Below are positions 20,499 through 29,829 of a stretch of DNA of 64,000 bases, piece by piece; position 1 is the first letter of the stretch; each line of letters opens with the position of its first letter. This DNA comes from Gammaproteobacteria bacterium (GTDB taxonomy: Bacteria > Pseudomonadota > Gammaproteobacteria > Steroidobacterales > Foliamicaceae): positions 184,860 to 248,859 of the forward strand of contig OZ243929.1 in assembly GCA_965213995.1 (NCBI GenBank), written 5' to 3'. The position numbers and the translations under genes were made by a program. A model generated the notes under the pieces. It worked only from the letters and a program-made list of their open reading frames with translations. It was not told the DNA's origin and made no database searches.

Positions 20499-21136
20499 CG
20501 GCTCGATTCATCGTTCTGGAAGGCGTGGAAGGGACCGGCAAGTCCACTCATGCGGCGTATCTGGCGGACTGGCTGGCGAAACAGGGCCAACCAGCGGTGA
20601 CCGCGCGCGAGCCGGGCGGCACGCCGCTCGGAGAGAGGCTGCGGGCCCTGCTGCTCGACCCGGGAATCAGCCCCATGCCGCCCCAGGCTGAAGCGCTGCT
20701 GATGTTCGCGGCCCGCAGCGCCTCGATCAGCGAGGTGATACTGCCGGCGCTGGCGAGCGGCGCATGGGTGGTGTGCGACCGTTTCGTGGAATCAAGCTAC
20801 GCCTACCAGGCCTATGGCCGCGGGATTCCCATCGAACAGGTGCGGGCGCTGGACCGGCAGATCGTGGGAAAACTGAGGCCGGACCTGACCGTGATCCTTG
20901 ACGCGCCGCCTGAACTGGGGCTGGCCCGCAAGGCCGGGCCGGAAAAAAGAGACCGTTTTGAGCAGGAGAGCCTCGAATTTTTCGGGCGCGTGCGCCAAGG
21001 GTACCTGCAGCGCGCCCGGGAAAGCGGCAGCCGCTGCATTATCGTTGATGCCTCCAGGAAGCTGGCCGAAGTGCGCAAGGATCTGCTAACAGCCGTCAGC
21101 CATTTCCTGGAGAACAAGGCCAGCTGTGACAACTAG
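20495..21136 (+). CDS. tmk: Thymidylate kinase
   Basis: EGVEGTGKST, REPGGT, CDRF..SSYAYQ; ATGA overlap with mltG. Confidence 0.96.
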   Translation: MTARFIVLEGVEGTGKSTHAAYLADWLAKQGQPAVTAREPGGTPLGERLRALLLDPGISPMPPQAEALLMFAARSASISEVILPALASGAWVVCDRFVESSYAYQAYGRGIPIEQVRALDRQIVGKLRPDLTVILDAPPELGLARKAGPEKRDRFEQESLEFFGRVRQGYLQRARESGSRCIIVDASRKLAEVRKDLLTAVSHFLENKASCDN

Positions 21137-21162
21137 CCTGCAGACGGAGGCCTTGGCGCAAT

Positions 21163-22134
21163 ATGCAGGCTAGCGGAAACAGCACGGGGCTGCCCTGGCT
21201 GGCAGGGCTGGAGGCTGAATTGAGCGCCCAGGCGGCTTCCGACCAATTGGCCCACGCCCTGTTGATACACGGCCAACGCGGCGTGGGGAGGCGGCGCTTG
21301 GCGGCATGGCTGGCGCAGCGTATTCTGGGCGGCGATCGCCCGGTATGGCTCGCGGAATCCGCGCCCGATGCCGCATTGCACCCGGATCTGCATCCTGCCG
21401 TGCCCGAGGAAGGCAAAGCGCTGCCGGTGGAGCGCATTCGGGAACTGATCGATTTCATGCTGATGAGCGCATACAGCGGCGGCGCCCGCGTCGCTGCGAT
21501 TTATCCGGCGGAGTCGATGCGGCGGGCGGCGGCCAACAGCCTGCTCAAAATTCTCGAGGAACCCCGGCCGGACAGCTATCTGCTGCTGGCGGCGGAGAAC
21601 ATCCAGCCGCTGCCGGCCACCATCATCAGCCGCTGCCGGCTGGTGAGGATTCCGGCCGTGAGCCGGGACGAGGCCATGAACTGGCTGGATAGCCAAGCTC
21701 AAGGCGTGGATTGGGACAATGCCATGCGTCTGGCCGGAGGCGGGCCGCTATGGGCGCAGGAATTGCATGCGCGAAAGATGGACGAACGGGCAAGCGCCAT
21801 GGCCGCTCAGCTGGGAGCGCTCGAGAAACGGCGGGCGACCCCTGCGGAAGTGGCGGGCGCTTGGAAGGATATTCCGATGCGGTTCTGGTGTGATTTCCTG
21901 TTCCGGTGCGCGTATCGGCGCGTGCATGACTGGATGCTGGCGGAAAACAGTGCCTACACGCGGAGATTTTCGCGCTTGCCCGCCCAGGCGCGTCAAGAGA
22001 TGATTCGCCGCAGCTTCGCCCACCTGGATGCAATCATGGAATGCCGCCGTGCTGAGGGATTCAGCGCCAATGCGGAACTTGCCGCCGCCGTACTGCTGCA
22101 GAGCTGGTTCGGCGGCTTTTGCGCCCGGACATGA
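21163..22134 (+). CDS. holB: DNA polymerase III delta-prime subunit
   Basis: HPDL, AANSLLKILEEP, TIISRC; tmk-holB synteny. Confidence 0.9.
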   Translation: MQASGNSTGLPWLAGLEAELSAQAASDQLAHALLIHGQRGVGRRRLAAWLAQRILGGDRPVWLAESAPDAALHPDLHPAVPEEGKALPVERIRELIDFMLMSAYSGGARVAAIYPAESMRRAAANSLLKILEEPRPDSYLLLAAENIQPLPATIISRCRLVRIPAVSRDEAMNWLDSQAQGVDWDNAMRLAGGGPLWAQELHARKMDERASAMAAQLGALEKRRATPAEVAGAWKDIPMRFWCDFLFRCAYRRVHDWMLAENSAYTRRFSRLPAQARQEMIRRSFAHLDAIMECRRAEGFSANAELAAAVLLQSWFGGFCART

Positions 22135-22469
22135 AAGTTCCCGGTTTCTATTCGCTGGTGCTGGAGGATTCCGCCGCCATCGCGAAGGCTTGGATTCCGT
22201 TTTTGCTTCCAGCCGGACTATGGGTTAGCGCGCGGCGCGAGCATGTGCTCGGCGAGGAAGTGGTGCTGCTGGTGCAGTTGCTGGAAGGAGACAGGCACAG
22301 CGTGGAGGGGCGGGTGGCGTGGATCGGCGCCGAGAACAGGTCCCAAGGCGCGCTGCGAAGGATCGGAATCGCCCTCGATGGTTCCGAAGGCGCTGAATTG
22401 GCAGCCCGCATCACGGAGCTCGCGGCAACCAGCGCCAGCCCGGCCGAAGCTCTGCTCGCCAGTTCCTGA
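22131..22469 (+). CDS. pilZ: PilZ domain protein (type IV pilus PilZ-like, diverged)
   Basis: AWIPFL..GLWV, LGEEV, GRVAWI; holB-pilZ synteny. Confidence 0.75.
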   Translation: MKVPGFYSLVLEDSAAIAKAWIPFLLPAGLWVSARREHVLGEEVVLLVQLLEGDRHSVEGRVAWIGAENRSQGALRRIGIALDGSEGAELAARITELAATSASPAEALLASS

Positions 22470-22499
22470 CCGTGTCCGGCCGGACCGCGATGCTTTAGA

Positions 22500-24239
22500 T
22501 TATCTCCAGCCCGGGAAATACACGACCCGCTTTGGAGCGTCCTTAACTTGGCACTCCGGACGCAGCATTTCGGGACCCAGCAGATACCAGTTGCGGCGGT
22601 GCGCATAGCCGAGCAAAGTGCCGGATTCGTTCTTAAAGCACCAGCTCCGATACTCCTCCGGCGCTAGCAGCAGGCGTCCGGGGGCGCCGTTCAGCCAGGC
22701 GGCGGCATCCAGGATTTCCTGCCTCCGGTCGGCTCGGAGACGGCCGAAGTGGGTGACCGGGCGATTAATGTGCAGCAAAAGCTGGGCGCGCCAGTCGGCC
22801 AATCCCAGTTCCGCATGATCCGGCGCGGCCGCTTGCGCGGACGCCGTGATTGTCTTGCCCGAGCGGCCTTCGTTCAAAACCGAGAAGGCGCCCCAGCCCA
22901 GCAGCAGCCACACGCCCACAATCACGCATCCTGTCACCGCAGCCACCCTGCGGCTGCCGCCGGCCAGCAGTCCGGCCAGTCCCGCCGCGCTAGCCACGAT
23001 GAGCAAGGGCACCGCCACCGGATGAATCGAATTGATCGTCAAAAGCAGCGCCAGGCGCGTGGGCGAAAGCAGGTTGAGCCAGAAAGGAGAGCCGTCGGAA
23101 AGGGAGGTGACCGCCGGCTCGTCCGCAGGCGCGACGCCATAGACCCGCAACATGGCAACCAGCACCACCACAAGGATGGCCATCATTCCTGTCCAGAGCG
23201 TGCGCCGGCAATTCTTGTATTGCAATGCAGCGCCCAGTGCCGGACCGCAGGCAAGGGCCAGCGCGGGAATCACTGGCAGAAAATCCGAGGCGCGCTTCAC
23301 TTGGCTGATCGATAGCAGAAACAGCACCGCGCCGGCCCACGCAAGCATGCAGAAAAGGGCAGTATCCCGCTGTCCCAGCCGCTGTTTCCAAGCGTGGCGC
23401 ATCCACGGCAGCGTCAGCGTCAACGGAAAGCATGCCCAGGGCGCAACCTGCAAAAGGTAGTACCAGAAGGGCCTCAGGTCGCTCCAGGAGGACGTTCCGG
23501 CGCCCAGCGGCCAAGCGGCGAGCACGGCAAGACGGTAGCTAGATACCGCCTCGGCGTCCGACAGCCAGAGCAAGCTCAGCCAAGCCGCAGGGATGGCGGC
23601 CAGCATGAGCGCCCCAAGCGGCCAGCGCCAGTTCCATCCGATTCGCCGGTCCGTCCATCCTCGTCGCAGCGACCATACCCAAGGCAGGAAGAGCAACAGA
23701 GGAAACAGCGCCGAAATATCAATCATCAGGCCTAGGGCGCAGCCGCCGCAGCCCAGCAGAAAATACCTCCACGAAGGCCCCAGCAACAGGTGGCGCGCCA
23801 GTCCGTAGAGGCCGAGCGCAATAAGGAAGCACAAAACGATATCGCTTCCGCCGCCGTGCGCCAGCGCGGAAAACTGCACGCAAGCCAGCAGGGCGGCGCC
23901 CGACCAGAACGCTGCGGATTCATCCCACAGCCGTCGCGCCAGATCCCAGGTAAGCCAAAGAATGCCGAAAGCCGACAGCAGCGAGGGCAGCAGGAAACCC
24001 GCGCGCAAGCCGAACAACCATTGAAAAGCTCCAAGAATCCAAAGATGCAGGGGGCCCTGTTCCGCAAATAATTCACCGGCCAGCGTAGGCGCGAGCCAGT
24101 TTCCGTAACGGAGCATTTCGGCAGCGGCCAGCGCGTTGTCCGGCTCGTTGGGAGGCCATGGGTCGCGCAGACCGAAACCCGCCGTGAGAATCAGCGCGGC
24201 GGCGCCAAACAGGATCAGCGGGCGTGCGCGGTCTTGCAT
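22500..24239 (-). CDS. ArnT/GT39-like integral membrane glycosyltransferase
   Basis: LRDPWPPNEP...A.EM...GNWL.P, many TM helices, PFWYY. Confidence 0.85.
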   Translation of the reverse strand: MQDRARPLILFGAAALILTAGFGLRDPWPPNEPDNALAAAEMLRYGNWLAPTLAGELFAEQGPLHLWILGAFQWLFGLRAGFLLPSLLSAFGILWLTWDLARRLWDESAAFWSGAALLACVQFSALAHGGGSDIVLCFLIALGLYGLARHLLLGPSWRYFLLGCGGCALGLMIDISALFPLLLFLPWVWSLRRGWTDRRIGWNWRWPLGALMLAAIPAAWLSLLWLSDAEAVSSYRLAVLAAWPLGAGTSSWSDLRPFWYYLLQVAPWACFPLTLTLPWMRHAWKQRLGQRDTALFCMLAWAGAVLFLLSISQVKRASDFLPVIPALALACGPALGAALQYKNCRRTLWTGMMAILVVVLVAMLRVYGVAPADEPAVTSLSDGSPFWLNLLSPTRLALLLTINSIHPVAVPLLIVASAAGLAGLLAGGSRRVAAVTGCVIVGVWLLLGWGAFSVLNEGRSGKTITASAQAAAPDHAELGLADWRAQLLLHINRPVTHFGRLRADRRQEILDAAAWLNGAPGRLLLAPEEYRSWCFKNESGTLLGYAHRRNWYLLGPEMLRPECQVKDAPKRVVYFPGWR

Positions 24240-24318
24240 GATGCAAGTGTATCGCCGACCGGCGGCGCTTATAATGCCGGTGCGGCTATTGCCTGCCGCG
24301 TTGCGCTTTGCGGACCCC

Positions 24319-25350
24319 ATGACCATACGAACCGATGCGCTGATCGTGGGCGCGGGCCCCTGCGGCCTTTTCCAGGTTTTTGAACTGGGATTGCTGGGTA
24401 TCCGCGCGCATCTTGTTGATGCCCTGAGCGCGCCCGGCGGACAATGCTCGGAGCTTTATCCGGACAAGCCGATCTACGATATTCCGGCCATTCCGGTACT
24501 GAGCGCGCAGGACTTGGTGGATGCGCTGATGAAGCAAATTGAGCCGTTCGATCCGGTCTTCCACCTCGGCGAGGAAGTGGCCGTTGTCCAGCCGCTTGCG
24601 GAAGGGGAGGGGTTTCACGTCGAAACCGGAGCGGGAACGGCATTCCAGGCAGGCACCCTGTTCCTGGCGGGGGGCGTCGGATCATTTCAGCCGCGCAAGC
24701 TGCGCTTGGACGGGGCTGAAGCCATAGAAGGGAAGCAGCTGCATTATCGAATCAAGGATTCGTCGCGATTTGCCGGCAAGCGGCTGCTGATCCTGGGCGG
24801 CGGGGATTCCGCGCTGGACTGGGCGCTGGAACTATGCGAAAAAGCCGAGTCGGTCGCTTTGGCCCACCGACGCGAGGAGTACCGGGCGGCGCCGGCATCG
24901 GTTGCGCAATTCAAGCAACTGGTGGCGAAGGGCAGGGCGCAACTGGTCGAGAACGCGCGCGCCAAGCGCCTGCATCTGGATCAGGGCGCGCTGCAAGCTG
25001 TGACTCTGGCTGTTAAGGACGTTGAGCAGGAACCGATGGAAGTGGATGAACTGCTTGTATTTTTCGGCTTGGCGCCAAAATTGGGGCCGATTGCCGATTG
25101 GGGGCTGGATCTAAATCGCAAGACAGTGAATGTGGATCCGGAAAAATTCCAGACCAGTGTGTCCGGCATTTTCGCCATCGGCGATATCTGCCATTATCCA
25201 GGCAAGAAAAAACTGATTCTCAGCGGGTTCCACGAGGCCGCGCTAGCGGCATTCGCCGCCAAGGAAAGGCTGAATCCCGGGAAAAAGGTTCATCTGCAAT
25301 ACACCACCACCAGTCCCGTCATGCACAAACGCCTCGGACTGGCCGACTGA
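24319..25350 (+). CDS. TrxR-type ferredoxin--NADP+ reductase
   Basis: GAGPCG, GGQCSELYPDKPIYD, GGGDSA, YPGKKKLILSGFHE. Confidence 0.9.
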   Translation: MTIRTDALIVGAGPCGLFQVFELGLLGIRAHLVDALSAPGGQCSELYPDKPIYDIPAIPVLSAQDLVDALMKQIEPFDPVFHLGEEVAVVQPLAEGEGFHVETGAGTAFQAGTLFLAGGVGSFQPRKLRLDGAEAIEGKQLHYRIKDSSRFAGKRLLILGGGDSALDWALELCEKAESVALAHRREEYRAAPASVAQFKQLVAKGRAQLVENARAKRLHLDQGALQAVTLAVKDVEQEPMEVDELLVFFGLAPKLGPIADWGLDLNRKTVNVDPEKFQTSVSGIFAIGDICHYPGKKKLILSGFHEAALAAFAAKERLNPGKKVHLQYTTTSPVMHKRLGLAD

Positions 25351-25381
25351 GGCTGGAAGAGCGGGGGCGGGGATGGGCGCC

Positions 25382-25948
25382 CTAATGTGCCTTGCCGGAC
25401 TCCTTGATCAAGGCGCGCACGGCATCCTCGAACTGGATTTCGGTATGACCGCCGAGCAGCGTTCTGGCCAGTTTGCCGTCGGGGCCGATCAGATAGTTCG
25501 CGGGCAGCACGCCGGACCAGCGGGGATCCAGTGCCTCGACCATAAGATAATCTTCAGGTTCTGCGCTTAAGTAGCTGAACCAATATGGAAATCTTTTTTG
25601 GATCAATGAATCGACCAGCCAGTGCGAGTCCGCGGGCTCGTCCACCGAAATCGGCAGAAGAACGAAAGAGGACGGGGCCAGTTTATCCTTGAGCCGCAAC
25701 AACGCGGGAATCTCATGAAGGCATGGGCCGCACCAAGTGGCCCAGAAATTAACGAGAACAACCTTTCCGCGGTGTTCCTCAAGCAGCCGGGAGAGGTCTT
25801 CGGCGCTGATGCTCTCAAGCATCGGTTCGCTGTCCGGCTGGGAGGTCGGCGCCCCTTCGCCGGCCGGCCAGAGAGCCAGTGGAAACCAGGCCAGAAAGAC
25901 TGCCAGCAGACCGGCGGACAGGCGGCGGGAAAGTGTAAGATGGCTCAT
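25382..25948 (-). CDS. TlpA-family thiol-disulfide oxidoreductase
   Basis: LVNFWATWCGPC; N-terminal signal/anchor. Confidence 0.9.
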   Translation of the reverse strand: MSHLTLSRRLSAGLLAVFLAWFPLALWPAGEGAPTSQPDSEPMLESISAEDLSRLLEEHRGKVVLVNFWATWCGPCLHEIPALLRLKDKLAPSSFVLLPISVDEPADSHWLVDSLIQKRFPYWFSYLSAEPEDYLMVEALDPRWSGVLPANYLIGPDGKLARTLLGGHTEIQFEDAVRALIKESGKAH

Positions 25949-25979
25949 CGGAAAATCCTGTTCGCGGGAACGAGTCCTT

Positions 25980-27368
25980 ATGACCACAAGAGCATACATG
26001 AGCTTGCTTTCTCTGCTTGCGGCATTGCTTCTGGCTCCATCAATGGCTTGGAGCGAGGCGGCAGTCCTTTATCAGCAAAAACTTGGGCGCCAGGATCGCG
26101 CGGCGTTCAGCCCGGAGATCGCCGTCTCGCATGATGGCGAGGTGTACGTGGTGTGGCTCGATCGCGACATGCCCGCCGGCCCGCCGCCCAAACGCAAGCC
26201 CGGCGAGCACAGCCACCGCTCGGCCGTGGACCTTTGGATTGCGCGTTCCGGCGACCGGGGCGCCAGTTTCCAAGCCCCGTCCCGCGTGAACCAACAGAGC
26301 GGCATCATCTGGGGATTCCAGGTGAGCAAGCCGCGGATCAGCACCGACAAGCAGGGCGTGGTTCATATTTTTTATCCGGCAAACGAGGTGTCCGCGCAAA
26401 CCCGGCTGGACGTGGTCGCTTCGCACTACACCCGATCGACCAACAAAGGCGCAACGTTTTCCAAACCGCTGACCTTGAATTCCCATGTCAACAAGGATGG
26501 GCGAGGGCTGCTGGGCGAAGAGCTGGGCGCGGCTCATGCATTCGGGACCATGGCGGTAGCCCCCGACGGCGCGGTTCACGCATTCTGGCTGGATACCCGC
26601 TACATGGACGATCCGAGCCAGGGCGCCACCTTGTTCACCGCCTCCTCGCACGACGGCGGCGCCACGTTCGCCAGCGAAATCGAGTTCGCCAAAGGGGTCG
26701 TTTGCCCTTGCTGCCAGTTGGTGGCGGATTTCACGGACGACGAGTCGGTGCTGGTTTCCTACCGGCACGTGTTCGAGGACGGTTCGCGCGACAGCGTTGT
26801 GCTGCGTTCCGCCGACCAGGGAGCCACATGGCCGGAACCGGCCCGCCTGCCCATTGACCCGTGGTATATCAGCGGCTGTCCGCTCAAGCCCACCGACATG
26901 GCCGTGAACGACCGCTACGTCTATTCCGTTTCATATTCCGCCGGCCCCGAACACAAGGGCGTGTGGTTCAGCCGCTCGAGAAACGGAGGGCTGGATTTTG
27001 AAAAAGCGCTGCCTGTGCATCCGGGATCGAAATACAGCGACGCGCCTGTCATTACCGTTGCGCCTAGCGGCGTTGTGCGGATCGTCTGGCACTCGCGGGA
27101 AGGGCGAAAAAGCCCTTACCGGCTGTTCATGGCGGAGTCCTACGATCATGGCGAGACCTTCACCGACCCTTGGCTGTTGCCCACGCCCGAGGGCGATTCA
27201 CGCTTTCCGGTGATCTCGACGGCGGGCGACGGCACTGCGCATATCGCTTGGGAGCAACGGATCAAAATCGGCGATATCGTGACGACGGAAGTTTACGCGA
27301 TGGGCCTCGCCGCGCCGGTTGCAATGCCCGAAGCCGCAATCGCGCGCCTGGAATCAAGCAAGGAATAG
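25980..27368 (+). CDS. Secreted BNR/Asp-box repeat (sialidase-fold) protein
   Basis: Repeated S.D.G.(S/T)(F/W) Asp boxes; CPCC and GCP motifs; signal peptide. Confidence 0.8.
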   Translation: MTTRAYMSLLSLLAALLLAPSMAWSEAAVLYQQKLGRQDRAAFSPEIAVSHDGEVYVVWLDRDMPAGPPPKRKPGEHSHRSAVDLWIARSGDRGASFQAPSRVNQQSGIIWGFQVSKPRISTDKQGVVHIFYPANEVSAQTRLDVVASHYTRSTNKGATFSKPLTLNSHVNKDGRGLLGEELGAAHAFGTMAVAPDGAVHAFWLDTRYMDDPSQGATLFTASSHDGGATFASEIEFAKGVVCPCCQLVADFTDDESVLVSYRHVFEDGSRDSVVLRSADQGATWPEPARLPIDPWYISGCPLKPTDMAVNDRYVYSVSYSAGPEHKGVWFSRSRNGGLDFEKALPVHPGSKYSDAPVITVAPSGVVRIVWHSREGRKSPYRLFMAESYDHGETFTDPWLLPTPEGDSRFPVISTAGDGTAHIAWEQRIKIGDIVTTEVYAMGLAAPVAMPEAAIARLESSKE

Positions 27369-27422
27369 CGCAGCCGGGGCGGGCGCGATGGCCCGCCTGC
27401 GGATTCAACAGTCCGGCACTTA

Positions 27423-27450
27423 ATTTAACATAATATATATTATGCCTAAT
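27423..27450. other. dif: dif site (XerC/XerD chromosome dimer resolution)
   Basis: ATTTAACATAA-TATATA-TTATGCCTAAT; first arm is the exact reverse complement of the XerD arm TTATGTTAAAT; KOPS converge on it. Confidence 0.93.
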
Positions 27451-27483
27451 TTGCATCTTCCAGCCTAATTTGCATCTTCCAGC
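27444..27483. repeat. 19-bp tandem duplication overlapping the dif XerC arm
   Basis: GCCTAATTTGCATCTTCCA x2 (27444-27462, 27463-27481) plus GC. Confidence 0.95.
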
Positions 27484-27525
27484 GGTTTGCGCTCCCCGCA
27501 ATCGCTCGCGAGCATGCGCAATCGG

Positions 27526-27860
27526 GCAAAATCCCTGCGCGGCCTCCACGCCCCTTGGTGCAATATGCGGGCTAGAGCTTTGCCCTTGCGCAACGCATCC
27601 ACTAAAGCCCGGAGCTTGTCCTTGCCTCGTAGGAGCGTCGGCGGCAGGAGCCGCCGCCGACCCCCATGAATGGGTTTATGCGTCTCCCGCGAGGCAAGGA
27701 CAAGCTCCGGGCGAGGGAAAACGCATAGGGACGCCAGAGGGTGTCTAGCACGATAGGCGCTTGCATCCGCCCTTTTCTTGCCCCTGCCCCAGACGCTCCC
27801 GCGAGGCAGGAGCAAGAAAAGGGCTTTAGCTGGCGCGCAGTGGCGCAATATCCGGGCTAG
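27526..27860. repeat. Cluster of MITE pieces
   Basis: End TGGTGCAATATGCGGG|CTAG 27556-27575; palindrome with 23-bp perfect arms 27607-27629/27690-27712; internally deleted inverted copy of 15712-15853 at 27770-27860 whose CTAG contains the cfa stop. Confidence 0.85.
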
Positions 27861-29083
27861 TGTCGGGCGTTTGGCTTGGCGAACAGCATCTGCGCGTTGC
27901 CGATGGTGCGCTCCGCGAATCCCGCCTCGCAGTAACGAAAGTAGAACTCGTACATGCGCAGGAACTCGCTTGAGTATCCAAGCGCCTTGGCGGCGCCACG
28001 GTTGCGGCGCAAGGCTTCCGCCCAGAGCCTTAGCGTGCGCACGTAGTGGCTGCCGATATCCTCCATGCGAACGAGGCGGAAATCGGTGCGCTGGCGCACG
28101 GCGCCCATGATGGCTTCCACCGACGGCAGGAAGCCGCCGGGGAAAATATAGCGTTTAATGAAGTCAACGCGCTTGACGGCGCTCCGGTAGGCTTGGTCGG
28201 CAATGGTGATGGCTTGCAGCGCCATCAGGCCATCGGGCTTGAGCAGTTCGCTGCAACGGTTGAAGAACAGGCCGAGGTACGGGGCTCCCACCGCCTCGAT
28301 CATCTCGATCGAGACCAGGCGGTCGAACTGCCCGCCGATATCCCGGTAATCCTGCATCCGGATCTCGACCCGGTCCTCAAGGCCCGCAGCCCTGACCCGC
28401 CGCGACGCCTCGGCATGCTGGCGCTCGGAAATCGTCACGCTTACGACTTTGCAGCCGTATTTCCTGGCCATATGCACGGCGCAGGCGCCCCAGCCGCTTC
28501 CGATCTCCAGAATCTGCAAGCCGGGCTCAAGCCGCAGCATTCCGCAGAGACGCTCCAGCTTGGCTATCGAAGCCTCCTCCAAGCTGGCATCCCGCGACGG
28601 GAAATACGCGCAGGAATACAGCATGGTGGGATCCAGGAATAACTGGAAAAAATCGTTTCCCACATCGTAGTGCGCGGATATATTCCTGCGGGATCCGGAA
28701 CGGGTATTGCGGCGCAGGGCATGCCCTATCCAGCGCGGGACGGCGCCTAGGAACGAAAACGACCCTTCCAATCCCTGCAGAACGCTCTGGTCGCGAAGCA
28801 TCAAGCGCAGCAGGCCCGCGAGGTCGGGCGAACGCCATTGGCCCTCCATGAACGCTTCCGCCGCGCCCAGCGCGCCGCCCGTCGCAATGCTCCCCCAGCA
28901 GGCGCTGTCGAGAATCTCGATCGTGGCCTGGGGCAGATCAGCCGAACCCCCCTGCCCGCCCAAAACCCGCCTTTGGCCCGCTTCCAGCACTTCCAGCCGG
29001 CCGTTCCTCAGCCCATCTAAACGTTTTTGCACCGCGCCCCGCCAGATGGAGGCCGGCAGGCCGGTCTTGACCGCCGCGCTCAC
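27857..29083 (-). CDS. cfa: Cyclopropane-fatty-acyl-phospholipid synthase family methyltransferase (Cfa/UfaM-like)
   Basis: NISAHYD.GNDF, YSCAYF, LEIGSGWG, SIEMIEAVG, YIFPGG, YCEAGF. Confidence 0.9.
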   Translation of the reverse strand: MSAAVKTGLPASIWRGAVQKRLDGLRNGRLEVLEAGQRRVLGGQGGSADLPQATIEILDSACWGSIATGGALGAAEAFMEGQWRSPDLAGLLRLMLRDQSVLQGLEGSFSFLGAVPRWIGHALRRNTRSGSRRNISAHYDVGNDFFQLFLDPTMLYSCAYFPSRDASLEEASIAKLERLCGMLRLEPGLQILEIGSGWGACAVHMARKYGCKVVSVTISERQHAEASRRVRAAGLEDRVEIRMQDYRDIGGQFDRLVSIEMIEAVGAPYLGLFFNRCSELLKPDGLMALQAITIADQAYRSAVKRVDFIKRYIFPGGFLPSVEAIMGAVRQRTDFRLVRMEDIGSHYVRTLRLWAEALRRNRGAAKALGYSSEFLRMYEFYFRYCEAGFAERTIGNAQMLFAKPNARH

Positions 29084-29829
29084 GAACCGGGATGCGCCAA
29101 GGGCTGGACGCCCTTCAGCCACAGGCGCAGCGCATTGATATGGATGAGCCAAGTGACCTTGGCGGTCATCAGGGGATAGCGCAGCAGGCTCCGCGCCAGC
29201 GCGCCGCCCGTGATGGGCCGGCGAGCGAGCGCCAGACTGGTCTGGAGCATCGCCTCTTCCTGCCGGAGCACCTCGACGCTCAGCGACAGGCGCTGGGCCG
29301 GCGGGCGCATCCAGCAGCGATAGGACATCTCCATGGGAATAAATGGAGAAACATGCATTTCTTTTTGGAAATCAAATAATTCCCCCTTCCCTCTCGATTT
29401 GGAATGAGCAACAGGCAGCACATAGCATACGCGCTCCTTCCATGGCGTGTTGCTCACTTCCAGCACATAGCAGCGGGGGGCGGGATGATTCTTCCCGAAG
29501 CAGTAATAGACGGAAATCGGATTGAAGATATAGCCGAAATAGCGCAGATGCGTGAGCAGCCGCACCGGCCCGTCAAGCTGAAGGCCGCTCCGCTCACGCA
29601 CCAGAGCCCGCACGCCCTCGGCGAGATTGCCGCAGTTTCCGTCCAAATGATCGCTCGGTGAAAAGCGCGCGACCGCCGGCCGCCGCGCGGACCACAGCCA
29701 CCTGCCGGAAAAAACCTGATCCAGCTCATCCAAGTCCATGTACGCCATGAACAGGCGGTACTGGAACGCGTGCCTAGCCGGCCTGTGCCGGATATGCCTG
29801 ACCCAGCCCTCGTAGATTGCGCTGTGCAT
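29080..29829 (-). CDS. DUF1365 family protein
   Basis: YEG.VRH.R..P..H.F.Y, FNPISVYYC, EVSNTPW.ER, K.MHVSPF. Confidence 0.9.
   Translation of the reverse strand: MHSAIYEGWVRHIRHRPARHAFQYRLFMAYMDLDELDQVFSGRWLWSARRPAVARFSPSDHLDGNCGNLAEGVRALVRERSGLQLDGPVRLLTHLRYFGYIFNPISVYYCFGKNHPAPRCYVLEVSNTPWKERVCYVLPVAHSKSRGKGELFDFQKEMHVSPFIPMEMSYRCWMRPPAQRLSLSVEVLRQEEAMLQTSLALARRPITGGALARSLLRYPLMTAKVTWLIHINALRLWLKGVQPLAHPGS

Noticed and set aside
27444-27860. Repeats read as a CRISPR array
   Set aside because: No constant repeat with unique equal-length spacers and no cas genes
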